From the NCBI GenBank assembly GCA_964630555.1, contig CAZVVD010000003.1, forward strand, positions 1-61,457: a DNA stretch of 61,457 nucleotides, given 5' to 3'. This document shows, piece after piece, positions 18,958-28,350 of this stretch. The notes beneath the pieces are model-generated. The model was not told the DNA's origin. It made no database searches and worked only from the letters and a program-made list of their open reading frames with translations. Position 1 is the stretch's first letter; each line of letters opens with the position of its first letter. The DNA comes from an uncultured Verrucomicrobiota bacterium (GTDB taxonomy: Bacteria > Verrucomicrobiota > Kiritimatiellia > JAAZAB01). The translations under genes and the position numbers were made by a program.

Positions 18958-20267
18958 AACCCGCCCCCCAGCCTGCTCCCCTCCCCCCGGCAGCCTCCGC
19001 GCCGGGCGCGCTCAAGCTGACGCTATCCCAACCGCTCGTCGCCTGTCTCCTGTTGATCCTCGCCCTGCCCTGGGCGGTGGTGATCTGGATCCTGGCAGCG
19101 GACCGCCGGCCGGCGGAGGGGGCCGCGGCGCCCGTCATGACCAGCCGGGAGGGCCTGGGCGCCATCAAGCCCGCCGCCGCCCGGTATGCCGAGGGCCCCT
19201 GGGGGCTGTTGAAGATCGAGCCGATCGTCGTCGAACCCCCATCCACCTTTTTCGGCTGGGGCTATGACGTCAGCCCCAGCCGGCGCTGGATCATCGCCCA
19301 CGCCACCCCGGATCAAGCCCGCGCCCTGTTGCAAACGTCGGGCCTGGATGCCGCCGCGGTCGAGGTCCTGATGGGCACGGCCGTCCCCGACCCAACCTGC
19401 GGCGGGCAGATTCTGCACCCGCCCGACGAGCTTCTGCGCGCCCTGGCGCCCGGAGTGCGCTCGGCCCTGTATGCCGAGCTGGGCAAAAACCAGGCCAATT
19501 CCCTGCACGCCACGCCCATGCGTTTTCGCGGCGCCAGCCTGCATGAGTGGTTCGCCAACAGCGGCCTCCCCGCCGAGATCACCGCCCGCGTCGAGCCCCT
19601 GGTGTACCCGAGCGGCAAGGACCTATGTTTCACCGACCTGCACCTGGTCCTGCCCGACATCGAGTCGCCCCTGACGCGCATCCGCCTGCTGCGCGCCCTG
19701 CACCGGGCGGCCACCTACAGTCTGCGCCTGGAATTCAAGCCGGACGACTCGATCGGGCACCTGCTGGCCTACTGGGGCCGCGGCGATCGCGATTACCAGA
19801 TCGAACCCATTTTGGAGTCCATGCAGCACCAGGCCGGCGGCGAGGGACTGGATGTGTCCTACCTGCTGCCCGACTTCGCCCGCACCCGCCTCTACACCTA
19901 CATCAACCCCACCCGCAGTGACCCCGGGGTGCGGCGCGACTGCCATTGGACCTCGTTCAATTTCTTCAACGACCTCCCGGACGACCAGTATGGGCGTCAG
20001 ACCGACCTGAGCGAAATCATCCGCCGGGACTACGCGCCGATCAATCCGCCCCTGCAGTTCGGCGATCTCATTTTCTTCATCTCCGGCTCGAACGCGGCCA
20101 TTCATTCCTGCGTCTACATCGCCGCGGACCTCGTTTTCACCAAGAACGGCGCTGGCTTCGGCATGCCGTTTGTCTTCGAGCAGCTCGAGGATGTCGTTGC
20201 CCTGTACCGGGCCCGGTTCGGCGAATTCCTCTTGCAGTATTGCCGGCGGCGCCGGAGCGAGAATTAG
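18954..20267 (+). CDS. Membrane-anchored hypothetical protein with a possible C-terminal papain/NlpC-like Cys...His pair.
   Basis: 437 aa. One N-terminal TM (LVACLLLILALPWAVVIWIL). RRDCHWTSFNFF and AIHSCVYIAADLVFTKNG near the C-terminus. The start overlaps the kinase stop (ATGA at 18954-18957). Confidence 0.6.
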   Translation: MKPAPQPAPLPPAASAPGALKLTLSQPLVACLLLILALPWAVVIWILAADRRPAEGAAAPVMTSREGLGAIKPAAARYAEGPWGLLKIEPIVVEPPSTFFGWGYDVSPSRRWIIAHATPDQARALLQTSGLDAAAVEVLMGTAVPDPTCGGQILHPPDELLRALAPGVRSALYAELGKNQANSLHATPMRFRGASLHEWFANSGLPAEITARVEPLVYPSGKDLCFTDLHLVLPDIESPLTRIRLLRALHRAATYSLRLEFKPDDSIGHLLAYWGRGDRDYQIEPILESMQHQAGGEGLDVSYLLPDFARTRLYTYINPTRSDPGVRRDCHWTSFNFFNDLPDDQYGRQTDLSEIIRRDYAPINPPLQFGDLIFFISGSNAAIHSCVYIAADLVFTKNGAGFGMPFVFEQLEDVVALYRARFGEFLLQYCRRRRSEN

Positions 20268-20332
20268 TCGGCCCATCAGGGCGGGCCCGCCCGGAAGGAC
20301 GGGTCGCCCTGGATTCGGCCTGCGAGAACCAC

Positions 20333-20851
20333 ATGCGACAAGGATACGTCCAGGTCTACACCGGCGGGGGCAAGGGCAAGACCACCGCGGCTCTGGGACT
20401 GGCGCTGCGGGCTGTGGGCGCCGGACTCAGGGTCTACATCGGGCAGTTCATCAAAAAGGGCTGTTTCAGCGAAATCCGCGCCCTCCGGCGCCGCTTGCCG
20501 GAGATTCGCCTGCGGCAGTACGGCTGCGGCCGGTTCATCCGCGGCCGGCCCGGCCCCGAGGACCTCCGCTGCGCCCGCCGCGGCCTGGCCGACCTGCGAA
20601 AAGCGGTCGCCGGCGGACGCTATGACGTCGTCATCGCCGACGAGGCCAACTGCGCCGTCGCCTGCGGCGCGCTGGCGGTCGAGGACCTGCTGGGGCTGAT
20701 CGAGGCCAAGCCGGCCGGGGTGGAGCTGGTCTTCACCGGCTGCAACGCCCACCCCCGCCTGGTCCGCCGCGCCGACCTCGTCACCCGCATGGTGGCGGTC
20801 AAGCATTATTTCCGGCAACGTGTCCTGGCCCGCAAGGGGATCGAGTGCTGA
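20333..20851 (+). CDS. cobO: Cob(I)yrinic acid a,c-diamide adenosyltransferase.
   Basis: Start at ATG 20333 (MRQGYVQVYTGGGKGKTTAALGLALRAVGAG), inside the longer ORF 19946..20851. P-loop plus FIKKG ... DEANCAV ... KHYF are typical of CobO/BtuR. Confidence 0.85.
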   Translation: MRQGYVQVYTGGGKGKTTAALGLALRAVGAGLRVYIGQFIKKGCFSEIRALRRRLPEIRLRQYGCGRFIRGRPGPEDLRCARRGLADLRKAVAGGRYDVVIADEANCAVACGALAVEDLLGLIEAKPAGVELVFTGCNAHPRLVRRADLVTRMVAVKHYFRQRVLARKGIEC

Positions 20852-21017
20852 GCATCTCGTGCGCTTCAAGCCACTGTGCTTTTTTGCTTGACAGGGATGC
20901 ATAAAGGAAGCATTCTGACAGCATAAAGAGCAAGAGAAGACGACTGCGTCAACCTGATTCGCCCAAGGGACGCAGGTCGGGAGCTACGGTTTCCGGCAAA
21001 GCAGAGAGATTCGCGTT

Positions 21018-21236
21018 ATGCCCACGATCGTCATCAAAGAGTTTCCGACCGAGCTACACCGGCAGTTGAAGGAAGACGCCGAACGACATCATCGTTCCAT
21101 GACCAAGCACGTGGTGGCGATTTTGGAGGCCAACCTCCGTCCGCCCGCCATCCGCCCTTACTCCCCTCCCGTCAAACTGGCTACCCCCTTGACAGATGCT
21201 TTTTTGGCCAAGGCCAAGCATTGGGGTCGCGCATGA
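21018..21236 (+). CDS. vapB: Ribbon-helix-helix (Arc/FitA/VapB-like) antitoxin.
   Basis: 72 aa. MPTIVIKEFPTELHRQLKEDAERHHRSMTKHVVAIL is an RHH pattern. The stop overlaps the PIN gene start. Confidence 0.75.
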   Translation: MPTIVIKEFPTELHRQLKEDAERHHRSMTKHVVAILEANLRPPAIRPYSPPVKLATPLTDAFLAKAKHWGRA

Positions 21237-21697
21237 TCGTTGTGGACGCCAACATCCTCGCCTACTTTTTCATGGAAGGCGGGAAGACGCGCTTGGCGCG
21301 ACAGTTGCGCGAGGCCGATGCGCGCTGGGTGGCGCCCGAGATGTGGCGGCATGAGTTCGCCAATATTCTCGTGAGCGCGTGTCTGTTTTCGAAGCTGCCG
21401 TTACCGCAGGCCCAGCGCATCTGGCAGGAGGCCGAAGAGATGATGCGCGGCTGTGAATACGCGTCCGACGTATGCAGCATCCTACCGCTGGCGGCCCAAG
21501 GCGGCGCAACCGCGTACGACGCGGAATACATCTTGCTGGCCCGAGCGCTTGGCGTGCCCTGCGTCACCGAAGACGGCCCCTTGCGCGAACGGTTCCCGTC
21601 CCACGCCGTGTCCATGGAAGCGTTCCTCGGCTCGCGAGGCGCCGCGCCGATGGTACGGGAAAAGAAAACCGCCTATGGCGCCCGGCGCAAGCGATAA
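21233..21697 (+). CDS. vapC: PIN-domain ribonuclease toxin.
   Basis: Start at ATG 21233 (MIVVDANILAYFF) overlaps the vapB stop by 4 nt. Acidic PIN residues are present (D5, E.. and YDAEYILLA). Confidence 0.8.
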   Translation: MIVVDANILAYFFMEGGKTRLARQLREADARWVAPEMWRHEFANILVSACLFSKLPLPQAQRIWQEAEEMMRGCEYASDVCSILPLAAQGGATAYDAEYILLARALGVPCVTEDGPLRERFPSHAVSMEAFLGSRGAAPMVREKKTAYGARRKR

Positions 21698-21840
21698 CCG
21701 GCCGGGCAGGCTTCACCTGCCGAGCGAAAACGCCCGGCATCGTCACGCGTTACGGGACGATGGCGGGCAGGCCGGGTTCACCTTGAAGAGCAGACCCTTG
21801 GCGTCCGGGGGCGCGCCCCCAAAGCCTTTCATGCTTTCGT

Positions 21841-23286
21841 TTATTTGACCCACTGGGCGTCCGGCAGGTTCCAGCCGCCGCCCAGGGCTTTGTAGAGCTG
21901 GATGACGGCGAGCAGGCGGGCGAGCTGGGTCTGGGCCAGGGCGTTTTCGGCGGGAAAGAGCTGCTGCTGGGCTTCGAGGACCTCGAAGTAGCCGGCCTTG
22001 CCGGCCAGGTAGCGTTCGCGGGAGACGACCACGGCGTCGGCATAGCAACGCACGCAGCGCGCCTGCTGGGCAAACACGTCTTCCAGCTTGAGGCGGGTGA
22101 CCAGGGCATCGGCCACCTCCTTGAACGCCGTGCGCACGGTCTGTTCGTAGGCCAGGGATTGCTCCTCGGTCTGGGCGCGCGCCTGGCGGATCTGGGCCAG
22201 CAGGGCGCCGCCCTGGAACAGCGGCCCGACCAGGTTGCCGCCCAGGCCCCAGGAAGCGGCGTCGCTGTTGAACGAATCCAGGTCCGGGCTGATGCGTCCC
22301 AAGACCGCGGTCAGCCCGATTTTGGGAAAACACTGGGCGATGGCCACCCCGATCTGGGCGTTGGCGGCGCGCAGGGTCTGTTCCGCCGCCAGGATATCCG
22401 GTCGGCGCTGGAGCAGGTCGGACGGCAGGCCGGCGGGCACGTCCGGCGGCGAATCCTGCGCGTCCAGAGAGGCGCGGCGCAAAACCGGCCCGGGATTGCG
22501 TCCGAGCAGGAGATTGATCTCGTTTTCCTTGATCGTCCGGCGGCGTTCGAGGTCGGGGATGGCGGCGGCGGTGAAGGCCAGGGCGGCCTCGGCCCGCGCC
22601 GTTTCCAGGCGCGAGGCGGCGCCGCCGGCCAGCTTACGGCTGAAAAGATCCAGGCTTTCCTGGAACGAGACGGCGGTGCGCTTGGCGATCTCGAGTTCCA
22701 GGTCGATTTCCAGGAGCTCAAAATAGGACTGGGCGACGTTGCAGACCAGGGTCAGCATCACCCCGCGGCGGGCGGCTTCGCTGGCGGCCAGCTGGGCGCG
22801 GGCGGCCTCGTTCAGGCGGCGGATCCGGCCCCACAGGTCCAGTTCCCAGGCGGCGGTGCCGGCGAGCATGACGGGATTGCCGGCCGTGCCGGTGCCCATG
22901 ACGGGATTGCCGTCGAACGCGTTGCGGCTGCGCTCCAGATCGCCGGCGTAACCGATCTGGGGGAAGAATTTTCCGCGCGACTGGGCCGCCAGGGCCTGGG
23001 CGCTCTCGACGCGCTTGACGGCCATGCGCAGGTCGTAGCCGTTGGTCAGGGCGGTGCGGACCAGGTCCTGGAGCACGGCATCGTCGAACACCTCCCACCA
23101 GGGCAGGTCGGCCAGGGCGGGCTCCCCGGCGACGGGCGCCCGGCCGGCGGTTTCCGGCTCCGCGAATCCGGCCGGGACATCCATCTCCGGCGCCTTGAAA
23201 CGGGGTCCCAGGGCGCAGCCGCCGGCGAGCGCCAGCCCCAGGCACGGCGTGATCAAGCGCGCCAGCGTTGTGCATCGTGGTTGCAT
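21841..23286 (-). CDS. RND efflux outer-membrane factor lipoprotein (NodT family).
   Basis: ORF track 21841..23439. Start set at ATG 23286 (MQPRCTTLARLITPCLGLALAGGC lipobox). Two OEP repeats. C-terminal LYKALGGGW. Confidence 0.85.
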   Translation of the reverse strand: MQPRCTTLARLITPCLGLALAGGCALGPRFKAPEMDVPAGFAEPETAGRAPVAGEPALADLPWWEVFDDAVLQDLVRTALTNGYDLRMAVKRVESAQALAAQSRGKFFPQIGYAGDLERSRNAFDGNPVMGTGTAGNPVMLAGTAAWELDLWGRIRRLNEAARAQLAASEAARRGVMLTLVCNVAQSYFELLEIDLELEIAKRTAVSFQESLDLFSRKLAGGAASRLETARAEAALAFTAAAIPDLERRRTIKENEINLLLGRNPGPVLRRASLDAQDSPPDVPAGLPSDLLQRRPDILAAEQTLRAANAQIGVAIAQCFPKIGLTAVLGRISPDLDSFNSDAASWGLGGNLVGPLFQGGALLAQIRQARAQTEEQSLAYEQTVRTAFKEVADALVTRLKLEDVFAQQARCVRCYADAVVVSRERYLAGKAGYFEVLEAQQQLFPAENALAQTQLARLLAVIQLYKALGGGWNLPDAQWVK

Positions 23287-23463
23287 TGAGGTTGTGCTCC
23301 GCCGGGCGGGGCGGCTACCAGTGTTCAACGTCAGCTCCCCGTTCGGCTGGAAGGCGGCGCAGCCTTGCCATTCCAGCCCTACAATTCGCACCCCTAACCG
23401 CTGACGGCATTCGTGGGTATCCGCGCCCATCCGCGTCATCCGCGGTGGATATCTTTTCCAATC

Positions 23464-26400
23464 CTATTCGTGTTTATTCGTGTCCCTTCGCGGTTGCGGT
23501 TCTTTCTTCTCCGGCGCCCGGTCGCCGATCAGGCGCTGGACGAAGGAGAAGGACACGGGAATGATGAAGATGGCGATGCAGGTGGCGGCCAGCATGCCGC
23601 CGATCACGGCGGTGCCAAGCACCTGGCGCGAGACCGCGCCGGAGCCGGAGGCGACCCAGAGGGGCACACAGCCGAGGATGAAGGCGAAGGCGGTCATCAG
23701 GATCGGGCGCAACCGGACCTGGGCGCCGTGCAGGGCGGCCTCGACCGCCGACATCCCCCCCTCGTGGCTGGTCTTGGCGAACTCCACGATCAGGATCGCG
23801 TTCTTGGCGGCCAGCCCGATGAGCATGATCAGGCCGATCTGGACATAGATGCTGACCTCCATCCGGCGCAGGAAGACCGCCAGGAAAGCCCCGAAGACAG
23901 CCACCGGCGTGCCCAGCAGCACGCTGAAAGGCAGGCCCCAGCTCTCGTACTGGGCCGCCAGGATCAGGAACACGAACACCAGCGAAAGCCCGTAGATCAC
24001 CCACACCGGCACGCCCTCCTGGGCCTCCTTTTCCTGGGCCGACATCCCCAGGTAATCATAGCCCATGTCGTCCGGCATGGTCCGGCCGAAGACCTCTTCC
24101 AGGGCCCGCATGGCCTGGGCCGAGCTGTAGCCCGGCGCCGCCGTGACGTTGAACTGGGCGCAGCGATAGAGGTTGAAGCGCATGGTGAATTCCGGGCCCA
24201 CCCGGGATTCGATGCGGGTCAGGGCGGACAGCGGCACCATCTCGCCCTGATCGTTGCGCACGTAGAACTGGCCCAGGTTCTCGGCGCTGGCGCGGTAATC
24301 CCCCTCGGCCTGGACATAGACCTGCCACTGCCGGCCGAAGCGGTTGAAATAATTGATGAAATAACCGCCCATGAACGCCTGCAGGGTCTTATAGACCTGG
24401 CTGATGTCCACCCCCTGCTTGAGCACCTTGTCGCGGTCGACGTCGACAAAGATCTGCGGCACGTCGGGCAGGAAGGTGGTGTTGATGGACGCGATTTCCG
24501 GGCGCTTGCGGACCGCCGCCGTGAAAACATCCGCCTGTTCCGCCAGGAAGGCGATGTCCTTCCCGGCCCGATCCTCGAGCAGGAAGGTCACCCCGCCGGC
24601 CGTGCCGATCCCCGGGATGGCCGGCGGCGGGAAGGCAAAGGCCACGGCTTCCGGGAGCGCCGCGAGGGAGCGGTTGATGTGCCGGGCGATGGCCTCGTAA
24701 CGCTCCTCCGGCCGCTTGCGGTCCTCCCAGGGTTTCAGCGAGACGAAGAAAAAGGCGCTGTAGGTGTCCGAGACCCAGCTTAGCATGCTGAAGCCGCAGA
24801 CCGTGGTGGCATACTGCACCCCCGGCGTCTTGGCAAGGATATCCTCGATCCGGCGGCAGACGGCGTCCGTGCGCTGCAGCGAGGCGGCGTCCGGCAGCTG
24901 GACATTGAGATACATGTAGCCCTGGTCCTCCTCCGGGATGAACGAGCCCGGCAGGATTTTGCCGAACAGGCCCACCCCGGCGGAGACCAGGACCAGGAAC
25001 AGCAGGCTGAACCCGGTTTTACGGATGCAGGCCGCGCAGACCGCGACGTAGCCGCGGGTGGCGCGGTCGAACCCCCGGTTGAAAGCGTCGAAAAACCTGC
25101 CGACCAGGCCGCGGGTTTTGGCGCGCGGCCGCAGGAGCAGGGCGGCCAGGGCCGGGCTGAGCGAGAGGGCGTTGAAGGCCGAGATGATCACGGAAATCGC
25201 GATGGTCACGGCGAACTGCTGGTAGAGCCGGCCGGTGATCCCGGGGATGAACACGGTCGGGATGAACACCGCCGCCAGGATCAGGGCGATGGCGATCACC
25301 GGGCCGGAGACCTCGTCCATGGCCTTGAGCGCCGCGTCCCGGGGCGCCAGGCCCTCCTCAATGTGGCGCTCCACGGCCTCCACCACCACGATGGCGTCAT
25401 CCACCACCAGCCCGATGGCCAGCACCAGTCCGAAGAGCGAGAGGGTGTTGATCGAAAAGCCGAACAGCGGGAAGAACATGAACGTGCCGATGAGCGAGAC
25501 CGGCACGGCCAACAGCGGGATCAGGGTGGCGCGCCAGCTCTGCAGGAAGAGGAATACGACCAGGATCACCAGCAGCAGCGCCTCGAACAGGGTCTTGGTG
25601 ATCTCGTGCATTCCCGCCCGGACCGCCTCGGTCGTGTCCAGCGCGACGACGTAGTCCAGGTCCGCCGGAAAGCGTTTTTTCAATTCGGCCATGAGTTTCT
25701 TGGCGCCGTCCGCCGCCTTGATCGCGTTGGAACCGGGCAGCTGGTAGAGGGCGATGACGGCCGAGGGTTTGCCGTTCAGCCGGCTGATGACGTTGTAGGT
25801 TTGAGAACCCAGCTCCACGCGGGCGACATCCTTGAGCCGGATCAGCGAACCGTCGGGGGCGGCCCGGATCACGATCTCCCCGAACTCGTCCTCCGTGACC
25901 AGCCGGCTCTGGGCGCGCACGGCGTAGGTGAACTCCTGGCCCGACGGCACCGGCTCGCTGCCGATCTGGCCGGCGGGATTGACCGTGTTCTGACTGCTGA
26001 CGGCGTTGATGATATCCGGGATCGTGATGCCCAGCTTGGCCAGGATGTCCGGCCGCACCCAGAAGCGCATGGCGTACTGCCCGGCGCCGAAGATCTGGAT
26101 GCTGGCGATGCCCGGCACGCGGGTCAGCTGGTCGTTCAGGTTGATGAAGGCGTAGTTGGCCAGGAAGATGGCGTCGTAGGAGCCGTTGGGGGAGAAGAGG
26201 GCGAACAGCATCAGGGGCGCGGCGGTGGATTTCTGGACCGTGACCCCGTAATTGCGGACGTCGGCCGGGAGCTGGCTCTCGGCCTGGGAGCAGCGCATCT
26301 GGGCCAGGATCTGGTCGGTGTTCGGGTCGGTGGTGATGTCGAAATCGACGCGCATCGACATCGAGCCGTTGTTGGCGTTGACCGAATACATGTATTTCAT

Positions 26401-26622
26401 GTGGTCCACGCCGCTCATCTGCTGCTCGATGGGCGTGGCCACCGACTGCTCCACGGTCTGAGCATCGGCCCCGACGTACATGGTTGAGATCTGGACCTCG
26501 GGCGGGACGATATCGGGGAACTGCGCCGTGGGCAGGGCGATCATCATCACCAGGCCGACGATCACCATGATGATCGAAATCACCATGGCCACGATCGGGC
26601 GGTTGATGAAGAAGCGGGTCAT
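23464..26622 (-). CDS. RND multidrug efflux permease (AcrB/HAE1-type).
   Basis: 1052 aa. MTRFFINRPIVAMVISIIMVIVG ... classic 12-TM AcrB layout and motifs. Confidence 0.95.
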   Translation of the reverse strand: MTRFFINRPIVAMVISIIMVIVGLVMMIALPTAQFPDIVPPEVQISTMYVGADAQTVEQSVATPIEQQMSGVDHMKYMYSVNANNGSMSMRVDFDITTDPNTDQILAQMRCSQAESQLPADVRNYGVTVQKSTAAPLMLFALFSPNGSYDAIFLANYAFINLNDQLTRVPGIASIQIFGAGQYAMRFWVRPDILAKLGITIPDIINAVSSQNTVNPAGQIGSEPVPSGQEFTYAVRAQSRLVTEDEFGEIVIRAAPDGSLIRLKDVARVELGSQTYNVISRLNGKPSAVIALYQLPGSNAIKAADGAKKLMAELKKRFPADLDYVVALDTTEAVRAGMHEITKTLFEALLLVILVVFLFLQSWRATLIPLLAVPVSLIGTFMFFPLFGFSINTLSLFGLVLAIGLVVDDAIVVVEAVERHIEEGLAPRDAALKAMDEVSGPVIAIALILAAVFIPTVFIPGITGRLYQQFAVTIAISVIISAFNALSLSPALAALLLRPRAKTRGLVGRFFDAFNRGFDRATRGYVAVCAACIRKTGFSLLFLVLVSAGVGLFGKILPGSFIPEEDQGYMYLNVQLPDAASLQRTDAVCRRIEDILAKTPGVQYATTVCGFSMLSWVSDTYSAFFFVSLKPWEDRKRPEERYEAIARHINRSLAALPEAVAFAFPPPAIPGIGTAGGVTFLLEDRAGKDIAFLAEQADVFTAAVRKRPEIASINTTFLPDVPQIFVDVDRDKVLKQGVDISQVYKTLQAFMGGYFINYFNRFGRQWQVYVQAEGDYRASAENLGQFYVRNDQGEMVPLSALTRIESRVGPEFTMRFNLYRCAQFNVTAAPGYSSAQAMRALEEVFGRTMPDDMGYDYLGMSAQEKEAQEGVPVWVIYGLSLVFVFLILAAQYESWGLPFSVLLGTPVAVFGAFLAVFLRRMEVSIYVQIGLIMLIGLAAKNAILIVEFAKTSHEGGMSAVEAALHGAQVRLRPILMTAFAFILGCVPLWVASGSGAVSRQVLGTAVIGGMLAATCIAIFIIPVSFSFVQRLIGDRAPEKKEPQPRRDTNKHE

Positions 26623-26892
26623 GGCGGCGCAAGTCTTTCAGTCGCAATTATTATCGCGCGTCGAGGGCGTGTTGCCCAAACCGGGAAGGATAAGATTCTT
26701 CTCCGCCAGCCGGCGGATCAGAATGACACCCCCTTCGTTATTCCGCGTGTTGGGTCAGGTGTCATGCTGAGCGAAGCGAAGCCTCTCGTTTTGGGCAACC
26801 TCCCCCCGCGAAGCGACGAGGGGGTCGCTTCCACCAACACACCCATGGCAGCTGGGGTCTATCAGCAAGCTGCAATCGCCATCAACATTTCT

Positions 26893-28092
26893 TCAGGGGG
26901 CCGGCGCGTTCGTCGCGGCGGCGGCGACAAAGGGTTTGGGGTTGACCGTCGCGCCTGCGCGCGCCCGCTGCAGCCCCTCGACCACCACCTGCTCGCCGGG
27001 GTTCAAGCCCTGCTCGATGACCCACAGCGGCCCGATGCGGTCGGCGGTCCGCACGGGCCGGATCGAGACCTTGTGGTCCCGATCCACGACCGCCACGTGG
27101 AAGCTGCCCTGGGTCTCGACCACCGCGCGCTGGGGCACCAGGAGCGCGCCGGCGCGCAGCTTGATGGGCAGGCGGACATGGGCATACTGACCGGGCCGCA
27201 GAATGCTGTTCGGATTCGGAAACAGGCCGGCGATCCGGATCGTGCCGGTTTTGGGGTTGACCTGGCGGTCGGCAAGGATGATGGCGCCCTTGTGGGGATA
27301 CTCCTCGCCGTTGGCCAAAACCAGCTCCAGGTTGTTGGTCGTTTTGCCGGAGCTCAGGTCGCCCCGACCCTGCGCCAGCCGGGACTCCATGGCAAGCATG
27401 TATTCCTGTTCGCTGAGCGGGAAGTAGACCTTGATCGGATCCACCTGGGACACGGCGGTCAATTCGGACGTGTTGGGCCCCACCAGGTCGCCGACCTGGG
27501 CCTCGGCGATGCCGGCGATGCCGGCGATGGGGGACGTGATCCGGGTGAATTCAAGGTTCAGCTCGGCCTGTTGAACCGCCGCCTGGGCGGCCTCCAACGC
27601 CGCCTGGGCGGCCTTGTTGGCCTGGATGGCGTCGTCCAGTTCCTGCTGGCTGATGGCGTTGTCCTTGGCCAGGGGGGTGTAGCGTTTGACATTGATTTCC
27701 GTCAGGTCCAGGTTGGCCCGGGCCTGGGCCATTTCGCCACGGGCGCGGTCCAGGGCCGCCTGGAAGGGGCGCGGATCGATCTCGAACAGCAGGTCGCCCT
27801 GGCGGACCAGATCACCTTCCTTGTAATGCTGGGCTTTCAAGTACCCGCTGACCTGGGCATGGATCCGGGCGTTGACCATCCCGTCCAGGGTGCCGATCCA
27901 ATCGGCGTACACGGGGACATCCCGCTGGATGACCTCCGTCACCAGCACTTCCGGGGGCCCGGCCGGGGGCGCATGCCCGGCCGGCCGACAGCCGCCGGCG
28001 GCCAGCGTCAAGGCGAAAACCGCGAGAAAGACCCCGCGCGCCGGCAGGGCCATCAAGGGCTTTGGGTTCGAAAGGAGTGACCTCGCTGCCAT
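26893..28092 (-). CDS. RND efflux periplasmic adaptor (MFP, AcrA-like) lipoprotein.
   Basis: ORF track 26893..28212. Start set at ATG 28092 (MAARSLL...FALTLAAGGC lipobox); a later Met (MALPARG) is also possible. Coiled-coil hairpin and barrel-sandwich motifs. Confidence 0.8.
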   Translation of the reverse strand: MAARSLLSNPKPLMALPARGVFLAVFALTLAAGGCRPAGHAPPAGPPEVLVTEVIQRDVPVYADWIGTLDGMVNARIHAQVSGYLKAQHYKEGDLVRQGDLLFEIDPRPFQAALDRARGEMAQARANLDLTEINVKRYTPLAKDNAISQQELDDAIQANKAAQAALEAAQAAVQQAELNLEFTRITSPIAGIAGIAEAQVGDLVGPNTSELTAVSQVDPIKVYFPLSEQEYMLAMESRLAQGRGDLSSGKTTNNLELVLANGEEYPHKGAIILADRQVNPKTGTIRIAGLFPNPNSILRPGQYAHVRLPIKLRAGALLVPQRAVVETQGSFHVAVVDRDHKVSIRPVRTADRIGPLWVIEQGLNPGEQVVVEGLQRARAGATVNPKPFVAAAATNAPAP

Positions 28093-28350
28093 GAGTGGGA
28101 ACACTATCCTATTGGCGGGGGCCTCGGCAACGAAATATTTTACCCCGATTTCAAAACAGGGTTTGATCGCGAAGCCGTCAGGGGGTCCGCCCCCCCGTTC
28201 AGCCGCGGCCATCCGGGCGATCCGCGGTCAGAGTTTTCCATTTGGTCCCCGGTAAAAAACACTTTGAACTTGTTCCGGGGGATGGTACTCTTGGAAAAAA
28301 CACGGCGCGCCGCGCTCCGGCGGGCGGCCACCCTACAGGGAGGACGGAAC

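Noticed and set aside
20268-20332. A cobalamin riboswitch upstream of cobO.
   Set aside because: Only 65 nt are available, which is far too short for a B12 element, and no B12-box-like sequence was seen.
19946-20332. N-terminal extensions of called genes offered by the ORF track. Examples: 19946 for cobO, 36011 for the BatB-like gene, 53209 for the methyltransferase, 54725 for wzt, 23439 for the OMF and 28826 for the orphan protein.
   Set aside because: The extensions overlap upstream genes or repeats and read as low-complexity text. Internal ATGs give canonical N-termini (P-loop, lipobox, signal peptide) and stop/start coupling.
21807-21820. The GC palindrome gggggcgcgccccc between vapC and the OMF gene, considered as a bidirectional terminator.
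   Set aside because: The stem is at most 5-7 bp with a minimal loop, and no flanking U-tract lies directly adjacent on either strand. It is mentioned only as context.
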